Below are positions 27,061 through 36,284 of a DNA stretch of 59,668 nucleotides, piece after piece. The position numbers and the translations under genes were made by a program. The stretch's first letter is position 1; each line of letters begins with the position of its first letter. Source of the DNA: a virus (lineage: Duplodnaviria > Caudoviricetes). Under the pieces are notes generated by a model. That model was not told the DNA's origin. It saw nothing but the letters and a program-made list of their open reading frames with translations, and did no database searches. Where the stretch lies: positions 1-59,668 of the IMG/VR virus record IMGVR_UViG_3300031862_000785; one strand, written 5' to 3'.

Positions 27061-27089
27061 ATTTTATGCCCGGGGTCTCCCAGCGTCAA
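27061..27089 (-). promoter_or_regulatory. Sigma70-type promoter
   Basis: TTGACG-N17-TAAAAT. Confidence 0.7.
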
Positions 27090-27817
27090 GCAGTGGTTGT
27101 GCCACAGAATCTCTGTTGCAGCAACTGAAAGTCCTCCTCCAGCCGATCATGATAGTCGGGAAGATATTCGAGGATGACGTTCCCTTGCCAGCCATACCCG
27201 ATCAAAGCTTCCACAACCTGCAGGCACTCGTCATCGATTGGCAGGTGATGCGTTCTGTGGCCGCCCTTGCCGGAGAGATGGACGGTGGAGACATGCGGGT
27301 GGTACTCATGCACGATCCGCCACACCACTTCCGTGTCATGAAGGTGGGCGACATCCAGCGTCATCGGGCGTGCAAGTCGCATGATGTCGTCGACGCTGAA
27401 AAGTCGCTTGCCTCCCATGAAGGTTTCCAGACAGAAGCTCACCGAGTAGGCCGCCTCGATTCCCCGGCAGGTTTCCAGTACCCTATGCTGGGTTTCGGGC
27501 ACCGGCCGATCCTTCTGAAACCTGCTGGGATGAACGGTGATCTCGCGGACTCCGAGGAGGCTGGCGAATCGGCCCACCTCCTCCGCCCAGATCCGGAAAC
27601 CTGGGTCGGCGAGCCTGCCCTGTGGAGCATGAACGCTGAGGATCGGCGTCCGCCATTTCAGGAGTAAGCCAGCGAGTTCGGTGAGGTGGGGATGGATCAG
27701 CTCGTAGTCGGTCATCTTGTATGGCAGCGCGAGTTCGATGGGAATCTGACACTCGCGATAGCGCGGGGTGAACTGCTCGAGCGTGTTGAATGATTGCCTG
27801 ATCCCGAATCTGATCAT
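27086..27817 (-). CDS. Xylose isomerase-like/AP endonuclease 2 TIM-barrel protein
   Basis: Metal-ligand motifs IELALP, SVHAP, TVHP, LET, TLDVAH, VHLS, HLP, LEY. Confidence 0.8.
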   Translation of the reverse strand: MIRFGIRQSFNTLEQFTPRYRECQIPIELALPYKMTDYELIHPHLTELAGLLLKWRTPILSVHAPQGRLADPGFRIWAEEVGRFASLLGVREITVHPSRFQKDRPVPETQHRVLETCRGIEAAYSVSFCLETFMGGKRLFSVDDIMRLARPMTLDVAHLHDTEVVWRIVHEYHPHVSTVHLSGKGGHRTHHLPIDDECLQVVEALIGYGWQGNVILEYLPDYHDRLEEDFQLLQQRFCGTTTA

Positions 27818-27818
27818 G

Positions 27819-28676
27819 TTACGTCGGGGAATCCTCCCAGAGCCTGACTTCCAGTTGCTCCAGGAGCGCATTCAGGCGCTCATAGGCATCGCGAGTCACG
27901 ATGGCACGCTCCTCCGGATCGGCGATCTCAAGAAACTCAGCGACCGCGACCGGCCCGAAATGCTCAGGTGAGAGGAACTTGCTCCGTATCTTCGACAAGC
28001 CTTCAGCCACCAGCCGCTTGTCGACATGAGGCCGGAAGGCCTCCACCAAGGCAGCAACACCTCCTGGGTAGTTGGCGACGCAGTAGAAGATGTCGTAGCA
28101 ATCCTTCTCCTTGCGCCGGTCATGAAGAGCCATCCCCTTCATCACGAGGAAGGCCACTACGTCTGCGACCTTCACGGTCACCGTGTCAAGCGCACCGTTC
28201 GGCAGCCGTCCCTCGACGCGAACCTGGACGCAGTGGTCGAAGACCAAGTCAGCCCCACGTGCTTTGCGGGCTCGGACATCCTGGACGACCTGCGTGCGGC
28301 GGCCCTTCCCGGTCCCCCCGTACTCTCCGGCCAGGAGATCAACTTCGACCTCGACCGGCGGGCCATCTCCGATGGTGACCACCTTGAAGAATCGGAAGGG
28401 CTGCTCGTGGTCTTGTCGGTAGCCGCGCGCCTCAAGCGCCTTGAGGAACGTGCTGTAGGTATCGTCTGAGATGTGCGCAAAGTCTATGGCCAGATCCACG
28501 TCCAAGGTGCCCGCTGGCTCTGTGTCTGCATCGCGGAGGATCAGGTGCGGCACCCAGCCGCCGATGACCGCGATGTGTTCGCGGAACTCGCCGAGCATGC
28601 CGAACAACTCGATGAGCACCGAAAAGGCCGCGTCTACTGCTCTGGCTGCGTAGTCTGATCTGGTTCTGGGTTCCAT
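27819..28676 (-). CDS. AbiEii-like nucleotidyltransferase toxin
   Basis: VIGGW...GTLDVD, VDLL, MKG.A..DR..EKD.YDI. Confidence 0.8.
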   Translation of the reverse strand: MEPRTRSDYAARAVDAAFSVLIELFGMLGEFREHIAVIGGWVPHLILRDADTEPAGTLDVDLAIDFAHISDDTYSTFLKALEARGYRQDHEQPFRFFKVVTIGDGPPVEVEVDLLAGEYGGTGKGRRTQVVQDVRARKARGADLVFDHCVQVRVEGRLPNGALDTVTVKVADVVAFLVMKGMALHDRRKEKDCYDIFYCVANYPGGVAALVEAFRPHVDKRLVAEGLSKIRSKFLSPEHFGPVAVAEFLEIADPEERAIVTRDAYERLNALLEQLEVRLWEDSPT

Positions 28677-29866
28677 CGCGGCCTAATGCGCCTTTCGTAG
28701 AGGAAGTCTGCGGCCTCTTCGCCACGGCCCTTGTAGCTCTTCAAGTCGAGGTAAAGTTGGATGTCCGACACGACCTTCGCTCCCCCGACGTCCTGGAGAC
28801 CATAGAAGACGCCCTCATCGTAGGGGCGGAGCAGGATCACGTTGGCCCCCGTGGGGACCGCCTTCAACTCCAATGCCGCTGCAATCTCATTGAACTTGGA
28901 GAGCCTGCGCAGCAGGTCGAGCTTCAAGTCCTGCTCGATATCCTCTCGGTCGTCCTTGGTGAACCCGGCCCGGCCGACTAACTGCCAGGCCTTGTGTCTG
29001 ATGAGCTGAACGGCATAGTCCTCGAGTCTCTCATCAACGAATGCAAAGGCGCGGTCATAGCGAGCGAAGGGGGCAACCCGGCTTGCACCCGAGAACAGGG
29101 CCAAGCCGTAGCGCATGCCTCTCCGTTCACACTCCGCGGCAAGGCGCTCCTCCACCTCTGGAATGCGGAGCATCGAGTACAGAGACCGCACGTCGTTCAC
29201 TTCGTAGGTGTAGGCCTGCGCCCAATCGCGAAGGAGGTCTTCAGGTTTCGCCAGCCAGAAGCGGCGGCGCTCTTCGCCCAGCAGGTCTTGTTCGAGCAGC
29301 GCCCGCTTCAAGTTGGACGTCTGCGCAAGACTGATCCGCGCTTCGGCCGCCAAGTCGCGGACATACCATCGCCGGGCAGGGTCAGCGAGTAGAACACGTA
29401 AGACCCGCGTGGACCGCGGTGAGAACAACGCCCTCCGAAGTCTCCGCACGGGCGAGGGATTGGGATATCCGGTCTTCTCAATGAACACCTGGTCAAAGGC
29501 GAGCAGAACATTCCCAGCCAGATCGAGACAGCCGACCCCGAACTGCTGGCAGAGAGCCCGGCCCCGGTCGCTTATGTAGGGAGCAGCCACCACCCCGTAG
29601 GCATCTGGCACACTCGCGACATAAGCCTTGAGCTGCTCTCCGGCATCACGCAGGGTCCTCGGAAGACCCTCTGTCTTCACCTCCACCAGGAGCCGGCGCG
29701 CTCCGACGGGCGTCTGAATCTCCACCACCAGGTCGGAGACGCGCCCGGGCGCGATGGGGACCTGCTGCTCGATCCGCAACACATCCACGAATGGCACTTC
29801 CTCCAGCACCTCACGAAGGCGCTGGGCGGTCTCTGCTGTCAGATTTCTCTCTTTGATCGCTGGCAT
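28634..29866 (-). CDS. AbiEi-like type IV antitoxin carrying a 44-aa insertion
   Basis: DLVVE..LLVEVK, APYIS, LDLAGN, wHTH, then GANVILL.PYD.GV and VVSDIQLYLDL...GRGEEAA. Confidence 0.8.
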   Translation of the reverse strand: MPAIKERNLTAETAQRLREVLEEVPFVDVLRIEQQVPIAPGRVSDLVVEIQTPVGARRLLVEVKTEGLPRTLRDAGEQLKAYVASVPDAYGVVAAPYISDRGRALCQQFGVGCLDLAGNVLLAFDQVFIEKTGYPNPSPVRRLRRALFSPRSTRVLRVLLADPARRWYVRDLAAEARISLAQTSNLKRALLEQDLLGEERRRFWLAKPEDLLRDWAQAYTYEVNDVRSLYSMLRIPEVEERLAAECERRGMRYGLALFSGASRVAPFARYDRAFAFVDERLEDYAVQLIRHKAWQLVGRAGFTKDDREDIEQDLKLDLLRRLSKFNEIAAALELKAVPTGANVILLRPYDEGVFYGLQDVGGAKVVSDIQLYLDLKSYKGRGEEAADFLYERRIRPRWNPEPDQTTQPEQ

Positions 29867-29934
29867 GGTCTGCTCCAACCTGACGGTGAACAAAGTCGCC
29901 CTGGCGAACTGCCAAGGTGTTTCGGCAAGTCGCC

Positions 29935-29983
29935 AGTTTCACCGTCTCGGTGAAACTATACCATATACCGAAACAATGGTCAA
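29935..29983 (-). promoter_or_regulatory. Moron promoter with overlapping operator palindrome
   Basis: TTGACC-N17-TATAGT with extended -10 TG; perfect inverted repeat AGTTTCACCG-N3-CGGTGAAACT at 29935-57. Confidence 0.75.
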
Positions 29984-30046
29984 GATAGCTGGAGCAGGGT
30001 GGGCCAGGAATTCGGGAGCCAGGCATGCAGGCTCGCGTGATTGCCG

Positions 30047-30307
30047 TCACCTGACGAGCTTGATCTTCTTCACCGCCGCCTCCGACAACCGCAGCCGCAC
30101 CAGGTCTGGGTCGCCCGCGTGCACGTCGAGTTCCTCGATGGTGCAGTAGGGATTCTCGGCGAAGAAGTCCAGCAGCGCCGCCTGGGCGGCGGAGACGACT
30201 CGCAGCTCACAACCGGCGGGCAGTTTCACTGGCAACTCGCCGCTGATCTGGAGGAGGGCCTCTCCCAGAGACTTGAGACTCGTGGCTGGTGCTTTCAACG
30301 TTTGCAT
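30047..30307 (-). CDS. Small protein with a DUF2292-like motif
   Basis: LLDFFAENPYCTIEELDVHAGDP...KKIKL resembles the repeats in 53921..54235. Confidence 0.55.
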   Translation of the reverse strand: MQTLKAPATSLKSLGEALLQISGELPVKLPAGCELRVVSAAQAALLDFFAENPYCTIEELDVHAGDPDLVRLRLSEAAVKKIKLVR

Positions 30308-30317
30308 TGCCTCTTCC

Positions 30318-31943
30318 CTACCATCCCGCCGGTCGTTGAGTCGTGCCGCGAGACACACCCCGCTTGCGCGCTTGCCAGGCGATCCCGGCTGCCATCACCC
30401 GGTCGTCGAACTTGCCCTCCTGCGCCTCCTGCGAACCCGTGTCTGTCGTGACGAAGGTTAAGCACTCGTCGACCAGGTCGGGCGAGTGAACCAAGGGATG
30501 CTCGCCTGCGATTGCCGCCGCCAGGTCATCTACCAGGATGGGCTTGGTGGCCTGGTCGGTGGGCCAGCCGAGCATGGGCTTCCCTTTGCCCGTCTGGTCG
30601 TAGCGCACGTGGTAGTAGAGCCGCGGGTAGCGGCAGACGTTGCGCAGCGTGTTCAGCGTCGAGTGCCCGTGGTTGTTACGCTCGACCGCTACCGTCGCCA
30701 GGTTGTAGAAACGGCCCAGAGCGTCCAGCAGGCAGCCGAAGCGATCCGGCGCAATGCGCCCGTGGAGTTCGGCGACTTGCTCCCCGGTCTCCCGGTCAAC
30801 CACACAGGCACAGGAGGCGTCGCCGCCGGCCAATCCCTCGCCCACGTCCGCACCGACGACGTAGAGCCGCCCCTTCTCGGGTCGCTTCCACACCGACAGC
30901 CGGGCCGGCGCAACCCCGATGTCCTGCCCTCGCGCATCCTTGAGGGCAGCCAGCATCTTTGGCGCGGGCTCGGCGACGATGCGAGCCTGGATTGCCAGCA
31001 GCGACTGGGTGTCGAAGCAGCAGCGCCCGCTGGCGAGGAAGCAAGTCACATCATCCTCAGGGTATTCGGCCTTGAAGCGGTCTCGAAGCTGCCGCTGCTT
31101 ATCGCGCCGCCAACGAATCTGATCGTCGTCGAGGCTCCACGCGCGTTTGAGCCGCGTCTCCTCCTGGCTGAGGTCGGTCAGTGGCTCGCCCGCGATCCGA
31201 TAGGCCGGGTCTTCCCACCAGACATAGAACGCCGTCGCAAAGTCATTGCCGCCGCTTTTGGCCTCGGTCCAAAGGCTGTGAAAGAAGTTGCCCATCCCAT
31301 TTGCGGTGGACTCGATGACGATTCGGCCACCGGTGGGAACCGCTTCCGTCAGCGCAGTCAGGGCTTCTTCAGGCTTCGGCCAGAAGGCGAACTCCGAGCA
31401 GTGCAGGTTGTTGATGGTCTGGCCCCGTCCGAACGTCAGGCTGCCGGCGGTGCCCACGTAGAACTGGCTGTTGATCTTCGGCCACAGGAACTCTCTGCGG
31501 TTGGAGAAACGAGGCGGCCCTACTCGTCGGCGCTCCTCCTCTGGCAGCCGCTCCCAGAACAACTGCACGATGCGGAAGATCTTCTCGCTGGAATCGGTAT
31601 CGTGCGCCACGATCACCGAAGTCGTATTCAGTCGCAGCAAGGTGTCCGCGAAGAACAAGCCGCAGATCAGCGTCGTGAAGCCGAGCTGCCGCGGCTTCAG
31701 AATCATGTCCCGAAGCGTGCGGTGAGCCCAGTAATCTACCTGGGCCGCGTTGAGCAGGAACGGAATCACTCGTCTATCCTTCGTGCGAATCCACAGGTTC
31801 GCTTCGATCCACGGCCTGGGATTCCGCCGCTCCTCCAGCAGGGCCGCCAGCCGGGCCTCCAGCGCCTCTCGCACACGCGCGGAGGAAGGTAAGGGCAGAT
31901 TCGGCCTCGCTGTCGCTGAGTTGTCGCAAATCGAGGTCACCAA
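30318..31943 (-). CDS. terL: Terminase large subunit
   Basis: LKPRQLGFTT (Walker A), LHCSEFAFW (Walker B), IESTANG, GADVGEG, VERNNHG, DDRVMA; start uncertain. Confidence 0.93.
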   Translation of the reverse strand: MVTSICDNSATARPNLPLPSSARVREALEARLAALLEERRNPRPWIEANLWIRTKDRRVIPFLLNAAQVDYWAHRTLRDMILKPRQLGFTTLICGLFFADTLLRLNTTSVIVAHDTDSSEKIFRIVQLFWERLPEEERRRVGPPRFSNRREFLWPKINSQFYVGTAGSLTFGRGQTINNLHCSEFAFWPKPEEALTALTEAVPTGGRIVIESTANGMGNFFHSLWTEAKSGGNDFATAFYVWWEDPAYRIAGEPLTDLSQEETRLKRAWSLDDDQIRWRRDKQRQLRDRFKAEYPEDDVTCFLASGRCCFDTQSLLAIQARIVAEPAPKMLAALKDARGQDIGVAPARLSVWKRPEKGRLYVVGADVGEGLAGGDASCACVVDRETGEQVAELHGRIAPDRFGCLLDALGRFYNLATVAVERNNHGHSTLNTLRNVCRYPRLYYHVRYDQTGKGKPMLGWPTDQATKPILVDDLAAAIAGEHPLVHSPDLVDECLTFVTTDTGSQEAQEGKFDDRVMAAGIAWQARKRGVSRGTTQRPAGW

Positions 31944-32343
31944 GCAACACCTCCTCCGGAACCTTCTTCATCAGTCCAAGGGACTGCAGGATGCGCAGCC
32001 GTTCCCCGATGGATTTGAGAACGAGATTGAGATAGCCCACCCGCGCCAGCGAGCCGTCGGGAGCGGCCATGCAGTCGGTCCAGGCCTGCCGCACGATGGC
32101 GTCCAACTCCGAGACCGCCTGCAGACCGGCGTCCACCACCGCTTTCTCTGAAGCCGCCGAAAGGGCCACCGCGGACTGCCCGCGCGCTCGCATCGCCGCC
32201 AGGTCGCGGGTGATGGTGCGCCGAGAGATGTTCATGAGCTGGCCGACCTCGTGTTCGGTCAGTTTGCGCACCACGCGCAAGTGCCAGACCCGTTCTTGCC
32301 GGCGCGCAATCGCCTCCCGTTCTTCCGGCGTCCCTCGCGGCAT
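31774..32343 (-). CDS. terS: Terminase small subunit (HTH)
   Basis: N-terminal HTH (TEHEVGQLMNISRRTITRDL), directly upstream of terL. Confidence 0.7.
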   Translation of the reverse strand: MPRGTPEEREAIARRQERVWHLRVVRKLTEHEVGQLMNISRRTITRDLAAMRARGQSAVALSAASEKAVVDAGLQAVSELDAIVRQAWTDCMAAPDGSLARVGYLNLVLKSIGERLRILQSLGLMKKVPEEVLLGDLDLRQLSDSEAESALTFLRACARGAGGPAGGPAGGAAESQAVDRSEPVDSHEG

Positions 32344-32380
32344 CAGCTCATCACCCCCCTGGGCGCGTCATTTTGCGCCA

Positions 32381-33718
32381 TTATCCCGCCTCCGGGCGCC
32401 TGGGAAACCGCGCCCCGTCGCCCGCGCGGATCGCCTCCTTGCCCGTCATCCGTTGCCAGCGCTCGATGGTGACGTCGCAATAGGCCGGCTGCAATTCGAC
32501 CGCGCGGCAGCGTCGTCCCAGCCGTTCGGCCGCGATGAGCGTCGTGCCCGCGCCGCAGAACGGCTCCAGGATGAGACCGCCCGGATCGGAGTGCAACTTC
32601 AGGCACCGCTCCGGCAACTCCACCGGAAACATCGCCGGGTGCACGTCGTTCGCGGGCACCGTGTTAATCTTCCAGACGCCTGCATATCCCCAGGCCTTGC
32701 GCTCCCCCTGGGTCAGCCGTTGCACGAAGCGATGCTGCGCCCGGGCGAAAGCCGTGACGAAGGCGTAGGGTCGCTCCTCGGGCATTTCCAGCGTGGCGGT
32801 CTCATCCGCGAAGGTCGCCACATATTCATACTGCTGTGCCGGTTTGTTGGAGACGAGGTGATAGGGCCCCACCCCGAAGTTCAAGCCCTGCTTCTCCCAG
32901 ATGCGAATCCAGATGGGCCGCATCCCCGCCTGCATGAAGAGTTGAATGGAATAGGCGAGCGTGGGCTCGATGAACTGCGTGCCGGTGGCATATAAGTCCA
33001 CCATCTGCCAGCAGACGATCTCGGCATACCGGCCCAGGTTCTCGATTACCGGCTTGACGGTCTCGAACCAGGGCGCGATGCCCTTCTCTTCATATTCCTT
33101 GCCCACACCATACGGAGGCGAGGTGATAGCCAGTTGGGCTTTGCTGCCTTCCAGAAGTAACTCCAACGTGTCCGGATCGCGGGCATCCCCGCAGATCAGC
33201 CGGTGCTCGCCCAGCTCCCAGATGTCTCCACTCTGGGTGAAGGGCTCGGCTGGCGGCTCACCCGGGCCCGGGTCGATCATCCCGGATTCCTGTCCGGTCT
33301 CCAGACGGGAGAGAAGCTCACGCAGCGAATCTTCATCCCAGCCGGTGGAATCCAGCGTGCCCGCCTGCTGGCGCTCCTGCAGCAGTCGAGCCAGGATCTG
33401 CTCGTCGTCAACTGCGAGACGGACTGTCTCGTTGTCATCGAGCAGGTAGGCTCCCGGATTGCTGCCGGTATAAACCTTGACCGCCACTTCGAGCCAGCCA
33501 GCAGCCTTTGCGGCCACGAGCACCCCATGCCCTGCCAAGATCACACCCTCCGGTGTCACCACGATGGGCTTCTGCTGGCCGTGGCGCAGCAGACTCGCTC
33601 GCAGCACCTGTATCTGCTCCGGCGGATGCGAGCGGTAATTGCGAGGGTTGGCCTGCAGGCGCGCGATAGGCCAGAGTTCCACTTCGTATTCGATGTCGGC
33701 TGCTGCTCGCTCAGTCAT
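32381..33718 (-). CDS. ParB-like domain fused to an N4-C/N6-A DNA methyltransferase
   Basis: NPRNYRSH, ILAGHG; GDIWELGEHRLICGD, TSPPY, HPAMFP, EPFCGAGT. Confidence 0.9.
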   Translation of the reverse strand: MTERAAADIEYEVELWPIARLQANPRNYRSHPPEQIQVLRASLLRHGQQKPIVVTPEGVILAGHGVLVAAKAAGWLEVAVKVYTGSNPGAYLLDDNETVRLAVDDEQILARLLQERQQAGTLDSTGWDEDSLRELLSRLETGQESGMIDPGPGEPPAEPFTQSGDIWELGEHRLICGDARDPDTLELLLEGSKAQLAITSPPYGVGKEYEEKGIAPWFETVKPVIENLGRYAEIVCWQMVDLYATGTQFIEPTLAYSIQLFMQAGMRPIWIRIWEKQGLNFGVGPYHLVSNKPAQQYEYVATFADETATLEMPEERPYAFVTAFARAQHRFVQRLTQGERKAWGYAGVWKINTVPANDVHPAMFPVELPERCLKLHSDPGGLILEPFCGAGTTLIAAERLGRRCRAVELQPAYCDVTIERWQRMTGKEAIRAGDGARFPRRPEAG

Positions 33719-34385
33719 CGCCTGTCTCCGCCTCTGCCCTCTCTTCTGAACAAGCCTGCCCCGATACGAAGTGGCTGCAGATCGCCGCCAGGCATTCCCC
33801 CCGCCGTGCGCCTTTTCCCAGTTGCTGTTTCGCCTGACGCATGGCCGCCTCGAAGTAGTCATGCTCCTTGCCCAACAGCACGACCGTCACCGGAACAGGC
33901 GCTTCTGCCGCCTCCCGCATGGCCTGTTCCTCCAGCTTGCCTTGCAGGTCGGCCGGAAGCTTCAGCAGCTCCAGCGAATCCCGCAGTTGGCTCTCCGACC
34001 AGGGCAGCATGTTCGCCAGGTCATCCACCGAGTAGGTGCGGTTCAGATTATGCACCAGGTTGGCGAGCCGGACCGGGACCGGCTGGCCGCGCAGGTAGTT
34101 GAGTTGCAGTCCTCTGACTTTCGCTTCTTCAGGCGAGATGTGCCAGACCTCACAGGGCAACTCCTCCAGGCCGAGGTCGCCGGCTGCCTTCCACCGGTGG
34201 TAGCCGTCAACCAGCAGGAACTCGCCTTCGCGGTCTGGATCGGGCATGACCTTGAGCGGCTCCATGATGCCCTTCTCCCGAATGCTCTCCACCAGCTTCG
34301 GATAGTTGGCTGGGTCGAACGCGTTGGCGTTCCAGTCATTGGGTCGAATGCGCTCTCGCAAGATCATCTCAGGCACGGTCCACAC
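33711..34385 (-). CDS. ParB/Srx-like domain protein
   Basis: PNDWNAN, SIREKG..EP, LVDGYHRW, NYLRG. Confidence 0.85.
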   Translation of the reverse strand: MWTVPEMILRERIRPNDWNANAFDPANYPKLVESIREKGIMEPLKVMPDPDREGEFLLVDGYHRWKAAGDLGLEELPCEVWHISPEEAKVRGLQLNYLRGQPVPVRLANLVHNLNRTYSVDDLANMLPWSESQLRDSLELLKLPADLQGKLEEQAMREAAEAPVPVTVVLLGKEHDYFEAAMRQAKQQLGKGARRGECLAAICSHFVSGQACSEERAEAETGDD

Positions 34386-34713
34386 CTCCCGAAAGCAGAC
34401 TCTCCAGGTCGTCCGTGATCAACAGACCCAACGTGACAGCCTCCTCATGCTCTCGCCGCGCTCCCTTGCTCTGCTCCCAGCCGGGCAGCAGTAGGATAGC
34501 GTCACAGGCTGCCAGCCACTCCATGCCCAGCCGCAGGAAGTCGTCGTAACCACACGTCTGCTCCCACCCAGCGGTCATCGTGTGCGGGCAGAACGGCGTG
34601 TGCCCTGCCTTGAGTAGCCGCTGCGCAGCCAGGCTCGCACGTCGAATGTTCTCCAGGCGCGACTCATCGCGTCCGTCTTGTGGGGTGTAGGGGCCTGCCA
34701 CGTAGACCTTCAT
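34369..34713 (-). CDS. DUF4406-like (nucleoside deoxyribosyltransferase-fold) protein
   Basis: VYVAGPYT...CDAILLLPGWEQSKGARRE. Confidence 0.85.
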   Translation of the reverse strand: MKVYVAGPYTPQDGRDESRLENIRRASLAAQRLLKAGHTPFCPHTMTAGWEQTCGYDDFLRLGMEWLAACDAILLLPGWEQSKGARREHEEAVTLGLLITDDLESLLSGGVDRA

Positions 34714-35747
34714 CTCAGCATCTCTCCAGCGAGTATGATGAACTCGCGGTTCGCCTCCCGCTTTGCCTGGGTGGCCACCGCGTTCATGTGGGAGTAGGCG
34801 ATCTCCACTGCTCGCGTCGGACGGAAGCGCTCGACCGCCCCCCGCACCGCACCGAGGTCGGCCACCGCGTTCCCGTAAGAGATCACCCAGAGCGGGTAGG
34901 CTCCACACTGCTCCAGCAGCGAAGCGAAGTGGTTCAGCCCATTGCGCTCCGAAAACGCGCTCGTCTCATGGCGCTCTCCCAGTATCTCGTCCAGGACGCG
35001 ATATTCCTCCTCGTAGGAAAGCGTGCCGCTATAAGGCGGGTCGAGGTAAAGCACCTCTGCCCCCTCGCCGGCGCGGATGGTCTCCAGCGCATCGCCCTTC
35101 ATCGTCTGGCACGGCTGTGAGCCACGCGCTATCGCCCGGTTGATATCCTTTGCCAGCGCCCGCACTGCCGGCAGCGGGTGGCTCGCGTTGGCGGCGATAG
35201 CGTGCTTGTAGGTCGCCTTGATGTCGTCCCATCGCTCTTCTGCAAAGGGCCGGTTGAAGGCGCCCGGTGACGAAAACTTCGAGTGCGGCCGCAGCCAGTA
35301 GATGTACTTCACCAGCAGCAAGCGCAGCAACGCTTTCTTCATCTCGTCCTCGACCTGCTCGACAACCACAAAGGCATTGTCGAGAAAGCACGCCGCGGCC
35401 AGCGCGAAGCAGTCCGGCACATAGCGCTCCTCGATCAGGTGTCGGTTGCCCTCGGCTGGCACGAACAGCCGCAGCAGGTCTTCCTGGTTCAGCTTCACGC
35501 CGTCATTCTCAATCAGCGCCTTCCCGATAATCACGCTCCGCTCGGCCAGATCGGCACACAGCACGCCGAAGCCCTGCGCCTTCGCGTATAGGCTCACGCT
35601 GCCTCCGCCCAGGAACGGGTCGACCAGCCGCAGCGACGGCCATGTCTCGCGCGGATGCACCCGCGCTATCTCTCGGAAGATGCGCGGGCAAAGCCGCCTC
35701 TTCCCGCCGAAGTATGGTGGCAGCGCCTCAAAACCACGCCAGGGCAT
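34710..35747 (-). CDS. D12-class N6-adenine DNA methyltransferase
   Basis: PYFGGK, DPFLGGG, YLDPPY. Confidence 0.88.
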   Translation of the reverse strand: MPWRGFEALPPYFGGKRRLCPRIFREIARVHPRETWPSLRLVDPFLGGGSVSLYAKAQGFGVLCADLAERSVIIGKALIENDGVKLNQEDLLRLFVPAEGNRHLIEERYVPDCFALAAACFLDNAFVVVEQVEDEMKKALLRLLLVKYIYWLRPHSKFSSPGAFNRPFAEERWDDIKATYKHAIAANASHPLPAVRALAKDINRAIARGSQPCQTMKGDALETIRAGEGAEVLYLDPPYSGTLSYEEEYRVLDEILGERHETSAFSERNGLNHFASLLEQCGAYPLWVISYGNAVADLGAVRGAVERFRPTRAVEIAYSHMNAVATQAKREANREFIILAGEMLR

Positions 35748-35959
35748 CAGGCCGCCCTCCGCATCGCAGGTTGGAACAGATCGCAGCGCACTTCCTCGAA
35801 ATCCATCGCATCCAGCCACTCCTGCGGCAGCGCGTGCGGCTCGCCATCCATGCGGTGGCGCAGACAGGTTGCGTAGACTGCTCCGTTCACATGCACCCTC
35901 GGCCCCTGGTACCTGCATCGTGCACATTCGGTTTTCCGGTTGCAGCGTCTATTCATCAT
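35747..35959 (-). CDS. Small Cys-rich hypothetical protein
   Basis: CARC..C..C pattern; coupled to both neighbours. Confidence 0.5.
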   Translation of the reverse strand: MMNRRCNRKTECARCRYQGPRVHVNGAVYATCLRHRMDGEPHALPQEWLDAMDFEEVRCDLFQPAMRRAA

Positions 35960-36284
35960 CGCCGCCCTTGACGCTCGGATCGCTACCATGCGCCAGCCAG
36001 ACCAGCCCGCACAGAGCGTAGCCCGCGATGTCGCTCAGCAGTTCTCGCCACTCTCCTTCCGGTGCCTCGCCGCGCTCCACGAAGGTATCGAATCTGGCCA
36101 GCTTGTCCTCCAGCCGCACCAGCAGGCCGGCGAGCCCGCGCTTCCGCCAGCACTTGAGAGCATCGGCACCGGCGTAGGCCGCATTGCGCTGACTCACCAG
36201 CATCGCTACGGCCTCAGTCTGTGCAGCCAATGCGCGCTTGAACTCCCTCCGACTCATTGCCGGGTTGACCTCAGTGCGTCGCAT
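35949..36284 (-). CDS. DUF1599-like nucleotide-modification-associated protein
   Basis: RNAAY...GLLVRLEDKLAR...L.DIAGYAL. Confidence 0.7.
   Translation of the reverse strand: MRRTEVNPAMSRREFKRALAAQTEAVAMLVSQRNAAYAGADALKCWRKRGLAGLLVRLEDKLARFDTFVERGEAPEGEWRELLSDIAGYALCGLVWLAHGSDPSVKGGDDE

Noticed and set aside
31774-31943. terS/terL overlap as a programmed frameshift fusion
   Set aside because: No slippery heptamer is visible; terminase overlaps are common and the terL start is simply uncertain.
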